A DNA stretch of 64,000 bases, taken from the human T2T-CHM13v2.0 reference genome, Homo sapiens. A program made the translations under genes and the position numbers. Of this stretch, positions 14,824 through 32,819 are shown in pieces (within the stretch, counting starts at the first letter, position 1; every line of letters begins with the position of its first letter). The DNA lies in NCBI RefSeq assembly GCF_009914755.1, contig NC_060930.1, one strand, 5' to 3'. The notes beneath the pieces are model-generated. The model did no database searches and had not been told where the DNA came from. It was given only the letters and a program-made list of their open reading frames with translations.

Positions 14824-15753
14824 TTGTACATCATCTTTTTGATGATAACCAATCTAGAGGGCGTGAAGGGGTAACTCGTTGTGTGGGGTTTTTTTTGTTT
14901 TTTTTTTTTGCTTTTCCCTAAAAACCAGTTATGCTGAACATCTTTTCATGTGTTTACTGGCCATTTATAGAACTTTACAGAAATGTCTATTCGAATCCTT
15001 TGACTAATTTTTAATTGGGTTTCTTTTTATTATCAAGTTATTTCCATATTCCGTATATTAAACTGTTATTAGATAGTATATGATTTGCAAATATTTTCTC
15101 CCTTTCTGTAGGCAACCCACACACAGTCTTGATTATTATAGCTTTGACACTGAGGAGTGTAACCATTATTTCTTAAAAATATTTCTTCTGACCCATTCTC
15201 TCTCCTCTCCTTGAATCCAATTACATGCAGACTGCCTGATATTATCCCAGAGGCTCTGTTTTTCCTCTATACCAATTTCCATCTCTCTATTCTCCAAACT
15301 GGGTAACTTCTATCGATCTGTCTTTGAGTTCAAAGAACCTTACTTCTGCCATCTTTAATTTGCTGTTAAGCCCATGTAGTAAATTCCTCATTTCAGATAT
15401 TTTTCTAAGCAGTTCTACAATTTTGTGGTTTTTTTAAGTTACTGAATTTATAATAGTTGCTTTAATTCATTTTTCCGGTAGTACCAAGATGTGGATTCTC
15501 TTAGGTCAGTTTCTATTGAGAGTAAAATTTTTTTTTATTTGATATGGACCATATTTTCTTGCTTATTTGCAAGTCAAGTAGTTGTTGATTGTATGGTGGA
15601 CACTGTGAATATGTTGTAAGGATTCTAGATTATACTGTCTTCCTTTAAGATGCTAAGTTTTGTTCTGGCTGGCAGTTAACTTACTGGCAGCTCTCCTTAA
15701 TCCTAAAAAGGCAGGTCCAGAGCAACTCTTACTCTAGGGTTAAAGACTGGCAA

Positions 15754-16071
15754 TAGAGATTGGCAAACTTTCTGTAAAGGATTAGACAGTAAATATTTAA
15801 CACTGTGCAGGTCATACAGTCTCTATCCCAAATACTCAACTAGGCTGTTGTAGCCGCAAAGCAGTCATAGACAATATGTATATGAATTTCCATGAGTGGA
15901 TGCATTTCAATGCAACTTTATTTATGGTCATCACTAAATCTGTATTTCATGCAATTTTCACGTCACAAAATATTTTTTTAAATTTTTTTCTAACCACTTA
16001 AAAATGTAAAAACTACTCTTATATCACAGGCCATGCAAAAACAGTCAGTGGACCACATTTGCCAACTCCTG
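15754..16071 (+). mobile_element. MER58B
   Basis: ttggcaaactttctgtaaagg...ccacttaaaaatgtaaaaac...tttgccaactcctg. Confidence 0.75.
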
Positions 16072-16684
16072 CTCTGATGTATGATCCTTACTCCAAAATC
16101 ATGGCCTTTCTGGCATCTCAAGTAACTGCCTAGTATGTAGCCAGATGTCTCTCCACTTTGAATGAGCTGGAATCCAACATTTCCCAGCATCATAAGACGT
16201 TCAGTATCTTTTGTCCACTCTTAACCCTACAACATCCACTATCTACTAGACCTTGCAGAGTATCAGCTATGCATGTGCAACCCAGGCCTCAGCCAAGCAC
16301 CCAGGGAGAACATACACGTACACTTTGGCTCCTTCTTCTCTGATACCCTGCCTAGCAAGTTCCAACCACTTCAGCAGCCCAGAACTCCAATTTGTGCATC
16401 CTCAGCTCAACTGAACTTCTTTGCTCTGCTTGAGCTCCACTCTCCGTACCACCGTCAGGCAACCGTTCCAAAGCACATGGGGCTCACCTTGTTTGTTCCC
16501 TTTCTAAGGTTCAGTGCTAAAAACAGCTCTATTTCATATTTTTGGTCCTGTTTTCTAATTGTTGATGACTAGAGGAAAACTCAAATACCAGTTACTCTGT
16601 CACGGCTAAAAGTATATGTTAACATCAATAAATATCTGATGAATAAATGACTAAACAAGCCTTACTTCATAAAGTTCTAAGTTT

Positions 16685-17235
16685 GCATGACCCTCCATGA
16701 TCTCCACCACCTGGTATTCCTATCTTTCTATAATCCCTTCCCCCTTGCATGTGGGCAGAACCTGTGACTTGCTTCTAACTCAAAGAATGCGGCAAAGGTG
16801 ATGGGATGTTACCCCAGTGATTAAGTCATGTTATACAGTAAGATTCTGTCTTACTACCAGACTACCTCTAGACTTTCTTTGTTGCCCTGAAGCAAGTAGG
16901 CATGTTGGGAAAGTCCACATGACAAGAACTTCACATGGTCTTTAGGTGGTCAATGCAGCTTATTACTGACAGCCAACAAGAAGATAGGCCCCTCAATCCT
17001 ACAACCATAGGATATGAATTCTGCCAGCAAACTAAGTCTACAAGTGGATTCTCCCTCAGTTGAACTTCCAGTTAAGAACGCAGCCCAGCCAACACCCTGA
17101 TGGCACCCTCATAACCTAGGCAGAAGATCCAGGTATAAGCTATGCCCAGAATCCTGACCCACAGAAACTGTCAGAGAACAAATGTTGTTTTAAGCTGGTG
17201 GTAATTTGTCAGACAATAGTAGATAACTAATACAA
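16685..17235 (+). mobile_element. MLT1E/F-type MaLR LTR
   Basis: cctgtgacttgcttctaac...ggcaaaggtgatgggatgt...ends tagataactaataca. Confidence 0.72.
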
Positions 17236-18142
17236 CATACTATTGATAGATACTATAAAACAGCTACCAACATTTATAGCTGGGAAGTGCAGGCAGTGAT
17301 AGAAGCAAAGGAGAGACCATGAAATACACTCAAGAACTTCAGGAAAGAAAAGCTACCACAGACCTATGTCAACAACACATAACAGGAGGAGGGACATGAT
17401 AAATTCCTTCAAAGAAACACAGTGGCTCTTGGCCTAGCAAGAAAAAACTTGTCCATCAGAAAAGAAGCTTGCTCAGTCACACAAAAATACTCAAGGAACA
17501 GTCAGGACCAATGCAGGGCTTTTTCAAGCATGGTAAGCAAAACAGGATTTGCCTGCTGTGCTTGAAAGACAGTTGGTTCAAAAACCTAACTTGTGTTATC
17601 TCTGGCATTCAGCAGAGTTCAGCACATAAGCACTTATCTGAATGTTGATCTTATTTTACTTAACAAATGTGAGCTCTTACCCTTAATCATTGCTGTCAAC
17701 ATTCAAAATTAAAATGTCTCCTCTCCTCAAAACCAAAACGCACCAAATCAGCACCATGTTACCAAGAGGAAGAAAGAGAAACACCAAGGTTTTATAGGAT
17801 TTGTTTACTCTATTAAACTTTATTTAGGATTTGCAACAGAACTGGGCATTTTAAAGACCCCACTATTTTCACCTGATGTCATTAAACTTTTGAATCACAT
17901 TAACTCCTTTTTTAAAAATTCCATGCACTGTTCTCAACATGGACAAAGAGAGAAAAAATTTTTTTAATTTTAAAAAATCTACATACTGTAAGTAATCTTT
18001 TAACTGTAATGTCGCTTTGCAAGCAGCATGCCTATAGAATTAATGAAAAAAAATACAGAGAGAAAACGCAAAGGTGGCAAAATGTTAAAAAGCAGCAAAT
18101 CCAAGTGAAAGGTATTATGAGTATTCACTGGACCACAATTAA

Positions 18143-18437
<295 letters not shown>

Positions 18438-18794
18438 CACAATTAATTTTTCTAATATATGTTTAAATTTTTTAATATAAAAAACTGGGGACACAGAAAT
18501 GAGATAATTTTCTTGGTAGTCTCACCAAGTTTAGGAATCAAAATGTCCTTAAAAACCAATGAGAAAAGCTTGAAGAAGGTACCATTTTCATTGTTTTGGT
18601 AAACAAAACATACATCCAAATCTATATGTTATAAAGCAATTAACACTCTACAATTATATTTATCTCCCAGAAAATAGAAAATACAAAAATGCCTATAAAA
18701 ATATTAATTTTCTGATTCACCCTTAAAAGCTTTTGGTTCTACAGACAATTACCATTAACTTTTAGATCTTCATTGTTCTCTAACTCTTGTTAAT

Positions 18795-18955
18795 CAACAT
18801 GTGGTCTGGTGGAACAATATCATAGCATTACCTATGCACTTGTAAGAAATGCAGAATCTCTCTGAATCCAACCCAATGCTGCAGAATCAGAAACTGCACT
18901 TTAGTAAGAGACACAGGTAACTTGAAAGCACATTAAAGTTTGAAAATCACTATTG
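18795..18955. mobile_element. MER5A
   Basis: cttgtaagaaatgcagaatctc...gaatcagaaactgcacttt...cacattaaagtttgaaaatcact. Confidence 0.7.
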
Positions 18956-19754
18956 TAGACATTAAAATGCATTTATTATAAACATTATAAACCTATACAA
19001 ATCACAAACATCAAAGTCAGTTAAAAATTAGAGGAAATATGTCTGTTTGAAAACTGTTTAACAGTGTTTTTTTGAAGAGTTTAGTCTGAACTACTGATCC
19101 AAATGTGTGTGTGTGTGTGTGGCAGAGGCAACAGGATCTCTTAGAAGCTTTGATATTGCACAAAAAAATCTAATCAAAATCTATTACAACCTTTGAAAAC
19201 AATTGTAAAAGAAATTCTAAGAAGTCTGGTTAAAACATCAACATTATCTGGCATACTCAATACAACACCACAGAAGATAAATGCAGAGACACCAAGTGAC
19301 ACAAAATTGTTACTCAATACATCCAATCTGTTGAATGTATAAACTATTTTCTACAAACTTTAAAAACCACTTCCTCACTAAAAGCATTGATTTTCTGCCT
19401 GAAAATTAACACTTACCCAGTTTCATTATAATCAATCAAAAATCTATAAGGCAGTACAATAGAGGCAGGCCTACATCAATCAGTACAAGCTATCAATTAA
19501 ACATGTGAAGACAACCTTTGAAGTAACCTAGGTCCTGATGCTCCCCTAAATGAATGGAACTTAGTATATACAGAAAAAAAAAAAAATCTGGGCAATAACT
19601 TTCCTCTAACAGGCCAGGATAAGAATAAGTAAGAACAGCTGAAAGAGACACACTGATAGCTTGAACAAACTCTAAATGTTCTCTGTAATTTCCTTATTAA
19701 CTGTAAGATTCTTTTTTCTATTTGCTAATAAACTTTTCTACTGGGAAGAAAATG

Positions 19755-21705
<1,951 letters not shown>

Positions 21706-22338
21706 GGATCTCCATATTTGTTGAATGAATGAATGAGTGAATAAATAAACAAGGAGACAGCTATGATATATTTTAATCTAGATTTCAAAGTATTTTAGAG
21801 CTTATTTTTCACACACAAAAAAATCTAATTATTGGAATTACCTTCCAACATTAACAGAAAAGACTCGTTAGGCAATATAGCACCCCTACCCTTAATATGT
21901 TTGAAGTAGTTTTATCTCCACACCTCTCTAAACTTAAATTGTTGTATATGCAAGCATTCCTTGCTTTGCATGTAACATGGTAAATGAAATTCATGCATAC
22001 CAACACTATGTGCTCTATCTGTACTGTTCTTTGGTAACTAACGTGTTTAATAACATGGTATTGTGCAAAGCACATTATAATAAATGTACACGGAAATAAG
22101 CTCTAATGACCCACAAACTCAAATTCAGTAAAACAGGAAGGAAAAGCATCACATGAAGAATGAATGAGCAACCTTTGGGCAGTAACTATGAATGGACACC
22201 CCGATGGGAAAGAAACTCAGACACCTAAATGACTTTTTCAAACTCTACATGCCTCTCTCCAATAATGTATTGGAGAGAGGCCAAGGCAGGTGGATCACTT
22301 GACTTGAGGTCAGGAGTTCAAGACCAGTTCAAGCACCT

Positions 22339-22468
22339 GAGACCAACATGGTGAAATCATTGCTATTTGAGAATGAATCACTGTTCGTGATCAACTAATA
22401 TAAGAGACCGACATGGTGGAATCATTGCTATTTGAGAATGAATTACTGTTCGTAATCAATTAATATAA
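22339..22468. repeat. 65-bp tandem duplication
   Basis: gagacc(a/g)acatggtg(a/g)aatcattgctatttgagaatgaat...taatataa at 22339-22403 and 22404-22468. Confidence 0.95.
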
Positions 22469-22829
22469 GTGTTTCCAATCACAAAAACCAAATGGTGTTT
22501 GTGAATTGGGGGAGGGGAACAGAGCAGAAGCAAGGTGGCTAAGGGAATGAGGGACCAGCACTTCATAAAATATTGAGACAAAATTAGGTCACACTAAATT
22601 CAGTCTGGTCTTAAAAACTACAGGAATGAACATTTTTCAAAACAGAGGTAGATCAAATCTTTGGAATTCTATCTCCTAACCCTTCTCTTAATTCATTCAA
22701 AATAGCCTTAGAATTACTCAACAGTATTAGGTTGTCCCCTCTGTACTTCCATATCCACGTCTACATGCAAGATTTTTGTTTTTTCTAGCCGACTTTTAAA
22801 AATTAACACCAACTTTCAAAACTTTAAAT

Positions 22830-22945
22830 TTTATTTTTTATAGAGGCAGGGTCTCACTACATTGCCCAGGCTGGTCTTGAAATCCTGGGCTCACCTCGGC
22901 CTCCCAAAGTGCTGGGATTACAGGCGTGAGCCACCAAGGCTGGCC
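22830..22945 (-). mobile_element. Alu monomer (FLAM/left arm)
   Basis: agaggcagggtctcactacattgcccaggctgg...gagccaccaaggctggcc. Confidence 0.85.
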
Positions 22946-23200
22946 CAAAAACTCGTAAATTTTAAAAAGTGTATTCAGCACTAATAAAGAAAAGCAGTTC
23001 ATATATTAAAAGTTTAAGTGTTTCTGCCAAGAGTTAGGAAAAAATTGAAAAGTATCTTATAGACAAATACTAATCGAAGCTTAGCAACTAAAACAGTGTC
23101 AGGGGAAAAGCAATAAATAACTTCACTTAAAAAGAAAATTCTACTCGAAGTCTATTTATTATGTATCACAAATGGGACGAAGGAGAAATGCAATTTACTA

Positions 23201-23377
<177 letters not shown>

Positions 23378-24084
23378 TCAGGGGCTTTAATCACAAATCA
23401 CAGGAAGACTACATTCTACAGTTACGTGCCTAGGCTAGTATGATCTACTTTCCAGGCATCAGGTGGTTTCCTTCTAACCACTCCATTCCCATAGAAACCT
23501 CAATATGCACAATAGGATTGTGGGCAAAGGCATTCTTTATCAGCCATGTGAACTGTTATGTCACAGTACTGTTGCATCTAATTGTCATCCCTGTATTCAT
23601 AAAGGACAGTTGATTTTTGTAAATTTATTTAAATATGTTTTTTACTTTTAGAACTTAAAATTTTAAAAAACTGTAAGAACCAAGATGAGCAACTAAAACG
23701 CATGCAAATCACCTATTCTGTGGTTATTACCATTAACATTATAGCATATACATTTCCAGTCTTTTACCTACACATACATATCTAAATACAGATTAGGACT
23801 ATCCTTTACAAACTGTACTATAACTTTTTTCACATAATATAATGTCAACATTTTCCCAAGCCACTGAATATTCTTCTGAAACCTAATTCTAAATTTAAAA
23901 AAATAAGTTCCAAAATAAGAGAACATTTCCTAATATAACCATTACCCACAGTGAAGTAAATAACTTAGCAATAAATAAACATGACTAATACAAACGTTGT
24001 AGATTTCAATGGACAAACCTTAAGTCATCCTTTTAAAAAATCTAAAGTAAATTAGCTTACTTGGTTAATCAGAATTAAATAATA

Positions 24085-24329
24085 CAGGTTGAGTATCCCA
24101 TTTCCAAAATGCTTGGGATTAGAAGTGTTTCAGATTTCAGCTTTTTTTTTTTTCTTCAAATTTTGGAATATTTGCATCATATTCTTACCATTTGAGCATC
24201 ACAAATCTGAAAATCTGAAATGCTGGAATGAGCACTTCCTTTGAGTGTCACGTCAGTGCTCAAAATGTTTTGGATTTTGTAGTCTTAGATTCTGGATTTC
24301 AAATTGTGGGATTTGGGATGCTCACCCTG
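24085..24329. mobile_element. Tigger4/MER46 (Zombi) MITE
   Basis: TA|CAGGTTGAGTATCCC ... GGGATGCTCACCCTG|TA inverted ends. Confidence 0.85.
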
Positions 24330-24709
24330 TACTCACAACAAGGGCAAAAAGAAGACTACTTGGTGTTATACACAGTCCTGTCTTTATCTGTATAATCTAT
24401 TAATGAGTTACTCCTAGATTTAAGAGCTGCAAAATTTGAAAACACATCAAATTTATCTCAAAATGAGTAACTCTGACCAAGATTCAAATATCAGTTAATA
24501 TTATTTATGCTTGTGCTACTCTGGGCACGATGCTTATGGGATAGCCCTGCACTGCAAGGAGCAGTACACATTTGCTTATATATATAAACATAGATATATG
24601 TTTATATATATAATTGTATATATAATTTATGCTTGCTTACTTGTATAGAATTATGGAAAAGTCATCAGTTTCTAGAGATCATGTATTTATTTGGTAGGAA
24701 TTTAGGATG

Positions 24710-25097
<388 letters not shown>

Positions 25098-25749
25098 TTA
25101 GTCTTATATGCATTATATCTCTTAATAATATCCCTTAAATTTCTCTCTAATCAATCCTTTCATATCCAGAAACTAATACTGAAGAAAATTCTGGAACCAG
25201 GAAAAACTCTCGCCTCAGTCAAAACCTAAAATTAAAAAAAAATATACATACACACACACACACATATACACACATATATAGTACTATAGACAAGTTATAG
25301 ATTTAATCCAATTCTGATCCTTCTCTCTAAAGTATTAAAATTGAACAAGCTCTAAATAATACCTTATACTTTTACAAAACAGACCTTTTAACGTCTTCAA
25401 TTTATTTTTTAGAATATCTCTCTTAGGTATCTGCAACAGGGTTAAAGATGAATGTAGGCACTTAATTAAAGTTTTATTCACTTGGATTTCATTAAAAAGA
25501 CTTAACATTTCAAAAGTGACACCATATTGCTTTCCAAATTCTAAACAGCACTGAAAACACAAAGAACTCCGCTAGGCAAAATAGTCTAATCTATTAGATA
25601 AGATTCACTCGAGATCACATAAAATTACTAGCAATCCAGTGTTTTACATATTCCCTGCCATTAACAAATGTGTGAAACACTTTTGTGAATTTGTAAGCAA
25701 ATTCTAAAACAAATATATCTTAAAGCAATCTATAATATAAAATCAAGTA

Positions 25750-26054
<305 letters not shown>

Positions 26055-26679
26055 TAACTCTTTAAGGAAATATCTGGATCAGAATACAAGTTAAACATAA
26101 GACTCAATCATAAATTATTTTTTTAACCCTCAATATTTAAAAAACGAGAAAACTATAAATATTTTAAAAATGAGAAAATTATAAATACACAGAAGCTTGA
26201 ACAAAGTACATAATAAACAACTGCTGAATGCATAAATCGAAGAAGTCCACAGACTAACCCTAGGTACAACATAAAGATCTAATGGAGCCAATTTTAGGTT
26301 CTGAGTTTCTTTTTTGAGCAGTTCCAACTATTTTAATGATTGACACTTCATGACTTTTATTCATTCTTAAAGGTATTCCAAAGAACAGAAAAAACTCACT
26401 TTAAAAAAAAAAAGATAAAACTTACTCCATGTAGTAATTACCACATGGAGCTACTGGACACTTTTATAAATCTAAGATATATTTTAGGGTCTTAATGATC
26501 TTATTGTTTCCTATGTATCAAAACATTTTACTATTTCATCACTCTAGAACTTATTTCATCATTATTTGTCAATTATTCCCAATAAGACACTAAAACAGTA
26601 AGAATTTGAAAAAATAACATGATGCCTAGAAGGATGATAGAAGAATGTACCCTTCTTTCATTTTCTTATGTGTTGCCTA

Positions 26680-27830
<1,151 letters not shown>

Positions 27831-27902
27831 TAAAATTTCTAATAAAGTTGTTATACACTATTCCTTTATTCTAAATTCTCTAAATTATTTGCAAAATGAC
27901 TT

Positions 27903-27903
<1 letters not shown>

Positions 27904-27945
<42 letters not shown>
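27904..27945. repeat. (CA)n microsatellite
   Basis: About 17 uninterrupted CA units then TA. Confidence 0.95.
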
Positions 27946-27946
<1 letters not shown>

Positions 27947-27961
27947 TTTAAAGTTCATTGG

Positions 27962-28430
<469 letters not shown>

Positions 28431-28525
28431 GCTAGCCTGTCAAAATCTTAAAATTTTTTTTTAAATTTCATTGGTCCCAGATGGTAAATGACGACAACTC
28501 CTTTGTCTTGGCATATTAAGAATTA

Positions 28526-28768
<243 letters not shown>

Positions 28769-29291
28769 TTATAAAAATGAATAATCATCCTGTTATGATT
28801 TTTTAAAAATAAAAATGAACCAGAAAAACGAAGGAGTAAGATAACCATTTACTTATTTCTATTGTCAAATTCCATAATTAACATGCGGTTCAATACAAAT
28901 TTTTATGTTAGAATTATTTTCATGCAAAGATATTAATTCCAAACAAATATGCTATCTGAATTCACTGGTTCCCAGATTGCTTATTTCTAATGAATCTACT
29001 GATATTCAACACAATCTATAAAAGAAAACAGAACTGGCAAAAATTAAAGGTACTGAGTTTCTCTTACACTTTAATCTGATTTACATCAAGGATTTCAAAA
29101 GTACTAATTTGTACAAGTCTTCTAAACAGATATTATATACAGTTTTGTGAGAAGCCTTCTAACCCACAACACAGAAACCACATATACCCTAAGTAAATCA
29201 TAACGTAACCATTGGCTATTATGTTGCTACTTCTACCATCTAACTTAAATTTAATAGAAAAGCAAGTAGTAAGGATTTGAACCTGGAATAC

Positions 29292-29620
29292 GGTCCACCC
29301 TTGGTACGTGTGGGGATTGGTTCCTGGACCTAGCTGGATACCAAAATTCGCAGATGCTTAAACCCTTATATTAAATGGCATAGTATTTGCATATAACCTA
29401 CACACATTCTCCCGTATACTTTAAATTATTGCTAGATTACTTATAATACCTATTACAATGTAAGTGCTACGTAAATAGTTGTTATACCATATTGGACTTT
29501 TTGTGATTTCATTTTTATTGTTGTATTATTATTAGTTATTGCTTTTTTCCCCCAAATATTTTCAATCCATGGTTGGTTGAATCCATGGATGCAGAACCCA
29601 TGGATACAGAACACCAACTC
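29292..29620 (+). mobile_element. MER2 (Tigger MITE)
   Basis: ggggattggttcc...gtatttgcatataacctacacac...ggttgaatccatggatgcagaacccatggatac. Confidence 0.82.
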
Positions 29621-30333
29621 TTATCCAGAACTGTATTTTCTGTGTAAATAAGAGGACCCAACTAGCTAAAGACTCAGTGTATTGCCCTATAGAAAATGAC
29701 TGCATAAGAACAGTATTAGGTCTATTTTTACACTTTGTTCTTTTTCTTCTTTACATTGCTCTAGTCTTCCATATTCAATTCTCGAAATGAATATATTTTA
29801 ATACTTCTTTGCTTTTTGTTTTTTATTCATTACTCCATTTATGTGTGTGTGTATGTTTGTGCATGTGTGCACATTGGCACATGGTGTAGCAATAATGGAT
29901 ATTCTCAGAAGGGACATGATTCTAGTATAAATATCTGTACTCAGATAGCAAACTAATACAAGTATTCTAAAATCAGCACTGAAAGAATTTTCCCCATACT
30001 GGAGAACTACTGCCCAAGTTCATGTCACTAAAATAAATGCCTCCTATTCGGAAAGTTGCTGCATTCTGATTCACTGGAAACGGGATTACATTTCATTGTA
30101 ACTGCAAGCATGTAACTACAAATGCAAACCAAAGTAATTTGATGATTGCTGTGAATACTGACTTACTCTATATGTAGGACAAACACAAACAACTATAGAG
30201 TAGCAATGTGTTTCACAGCTTTCTAAGCCCATTCTTATATATGAAAAAGTTCAAAAATAATGAAGGGATACCACATATATAAAATCTATGTAAGTCACAT
30301 TTCAAAAATCTAGTTTACAGAATACATTGTTAA

Positions 30334-30458
30334 CTCCTTTATGCCTAGTTTTCCATTATTGGAACGCTAAGCTTGTGGGAGTTATGTAAACTGTTCAAGG
30401 TCACTGACAAGGTCTGATTTTTCACACACAAAAAATTTTAATCTCCTGCATAAATGGG
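30334..30458 (+). mobile_element. MER85 (non-autonomous piggyBac/PGBD3 MITE)
   Basis: TTAA TSDs at 30330-30333 and 30459-30462; ends CTCCTTTATGCC...GCATAAATGGG; internal TTCCATTATTGGAACGCTAAGC. Confidence 0.88.
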
Positions 30459-30664
30459 TTAAGTTCCAGAAATTCACAACCTTAAAAAGACTGGAAATAA
30501 GACAGAAGAATCTGTTAGCATTTATGATTAAAATGTTAAATGTTTTTTAAAAAATTATACACAGGTTTTCACTAAAGCATTTTGCTAAAATCTACTTTTG
30601 AAATCACAAAGAGTATTAAATTCTGAGTCATTCTATCATGTCTATGTTTAAGATCAACATCAAT

Positions 30665-30985
30665 ACAGCCATGGGACATTTAACAACATGGATATGTTCC
30701 GAGAAATGCATTGTTAAGCAATTTCATTCGCTGTTCAAACATCACAGTGTACTTACACAAACCTAGATGCCATAGCCTACTACGTACCTAGGCTACATGG
30801 TGTAGCCTAATGTTCCTAGGCTATAATCCTGTACATCATGTTACTACACTGAATACTCTAGACAACTGTAACACAATGATAAGTATGTATGCATCTAAAC
30901 ATAGAAAGGATACTATAAAAATACAGATTATCATCTTCTGGGACCACCATCCTAAATGCGGTCCATCATTGACCAAAATCATGTA
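30665..30985 (+). mobile_element. Tigger3 (Golem) derivative
   Basis: gagaaatgcattgttaagcaatttc...gtacttacacaaacctagatg..atagcctactac. Confidence 0.78.
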
Positions 30986-32819
30986 GCCCAAGAGTATGTA
31001 TTTTTTTTTACAATTCAAAAAGTAATTTCAACTTCTTCCTTTTACCACCTGTCCTGAAAGTCAATTTGCAGAGAAAAATTTCCCATTAAAGTTATTTATT
31101 TTACAGTTGACAAAATGAGAAGCTTGTTCTAAATTTCGTGCTTGAAGGTCTAAGATCTAAACCAAAATTAGGGTTTACTTACAAAGTATTCTTCGGAAGG
31201 ACCAAGAACTGGTCTCTTAACATAATTCTAATATAAAACTAACAAATATAAAATGTGAACACCAGTTGTGGTAATAAGAAACTTCACCCCTTAAAATACA
31301 ATGTTAGAGCACCCTCTGCTGACTAACATCTCAGTCTGAAGAAAGAGACTCTATTTTGAGTTAGGCCAGCACTTTTCATTTCCCATGTAATTTTTAAAAG
31401 CTAAAGATGCAAAGATAAAGCTCTAATCAGACATAACCTCCTTGTAAGCTCTCTACAAATCGACAACAACAAATGTATTGAGTATTCATTATAAGTATAC
31501 CACTGTTCTTAAATTTTTTTAATTCTAATTTGGACAAATTGATATAAGCAATTAGAGAGAACAGATAAGATGGGAGAAAAATTTTTAAACAAAATGTTAG
31601 CAGGTGTGGTAAAAAGAGCCCTGAACTGATACTCTCAAAATCTGGGTCCTAACTTATTTGAACAAGTTACCTTACTTATTTGAGTCTCGGTTTTCCAAAT
31701 AAAAGCAAGGGGCAAATTTAGATTCATTCATTCATTCATTCACTGAACAAACATTTACTTATCCCCTCCTATATGCTGCTGGTTTAAGTACAAAGAAAAA
31801 TGATCCAAAATCTGAACCTTTTTTAACACTGACATGATGCTCAAAGGAACTGCTGCTTATTGAAGCATTTCGCATTTCAGATTTTCAGATTTGGAATACT
31901 GTAAGTATATAATACAAACATTCCAAAATCTGAAAAAATCTGAAATCTGAAAGACTCTGGTCCCAACCATTTTGGATAAAGGATACTTAACCCATATTAA
32001 CTCACTTAATTCTTGAAACAAAGTTACGAAGTACAAGGTACCATTATCATTGCTGTTTTACAGACAAGAAAACTGAGATACAAAAAGGTCAAATAACTTG
32101 CCCAAGGTTATACCGCTAGTAAGTGATGAAGCTGGGATTTGAAATCTGGTTTCTGACTCCAGAGTCAGCATCCTTAATAACCATTATGTTACAATACACA
32201 GTTATAACATGACAAGAATATAGGAAGTACACACGTAGTGTAGAGATGGCACAAACGTAGAAATGATCACTTTGGGCTAAAAAGAACCACAAAAAAGGTC
32301 ATAGTTAAGCTAGATGTTAGAAGTATGAGCTACAGGAGGGAATATATGAATGAATAATTAATTACAACCAAAACAAAGGATGCTGGAAAGAGCAAAAAAG
32401 ATTTATCAAATTAGATGAGCAAAGAAACGGAAGCCCAAAACATTATCCCACATTCATTAAAACAAGTAGCTTAGTACACCTGGAAAGACCTGGAAAGAAG
32501 TGGGATCATGGACAACCTTTACACACACATCATGCTTTAGTGTTTGGCTTTATACTGTAGATGATGGTAAGTCAGAATAGGGTTCTTGAGGACAATAACA
32601 ATGTTAGATCTGCATTTCAGAAAGAAAAATTATGGCACTGGGGAAGATAAACTAAAAGTAATAGTATTAAAAGCAGGAAGACAAATTAAGAGGCCACTAA
32701 AACAATCCATGTGAGAAATCAGATGGGCCTGAATCCCGAAAAACAAAGCAGGGAGTTTAAGGCATACTTAGAAGCCAGAATCACAATCTAGAGGCTAGAT
32801 GATGAGGGAATCAAGAGTG

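Noticed and set aside
22339-22468. CRISPR-like repeat
   Set aside because: Two adjacent units, no spacers, primate intron.
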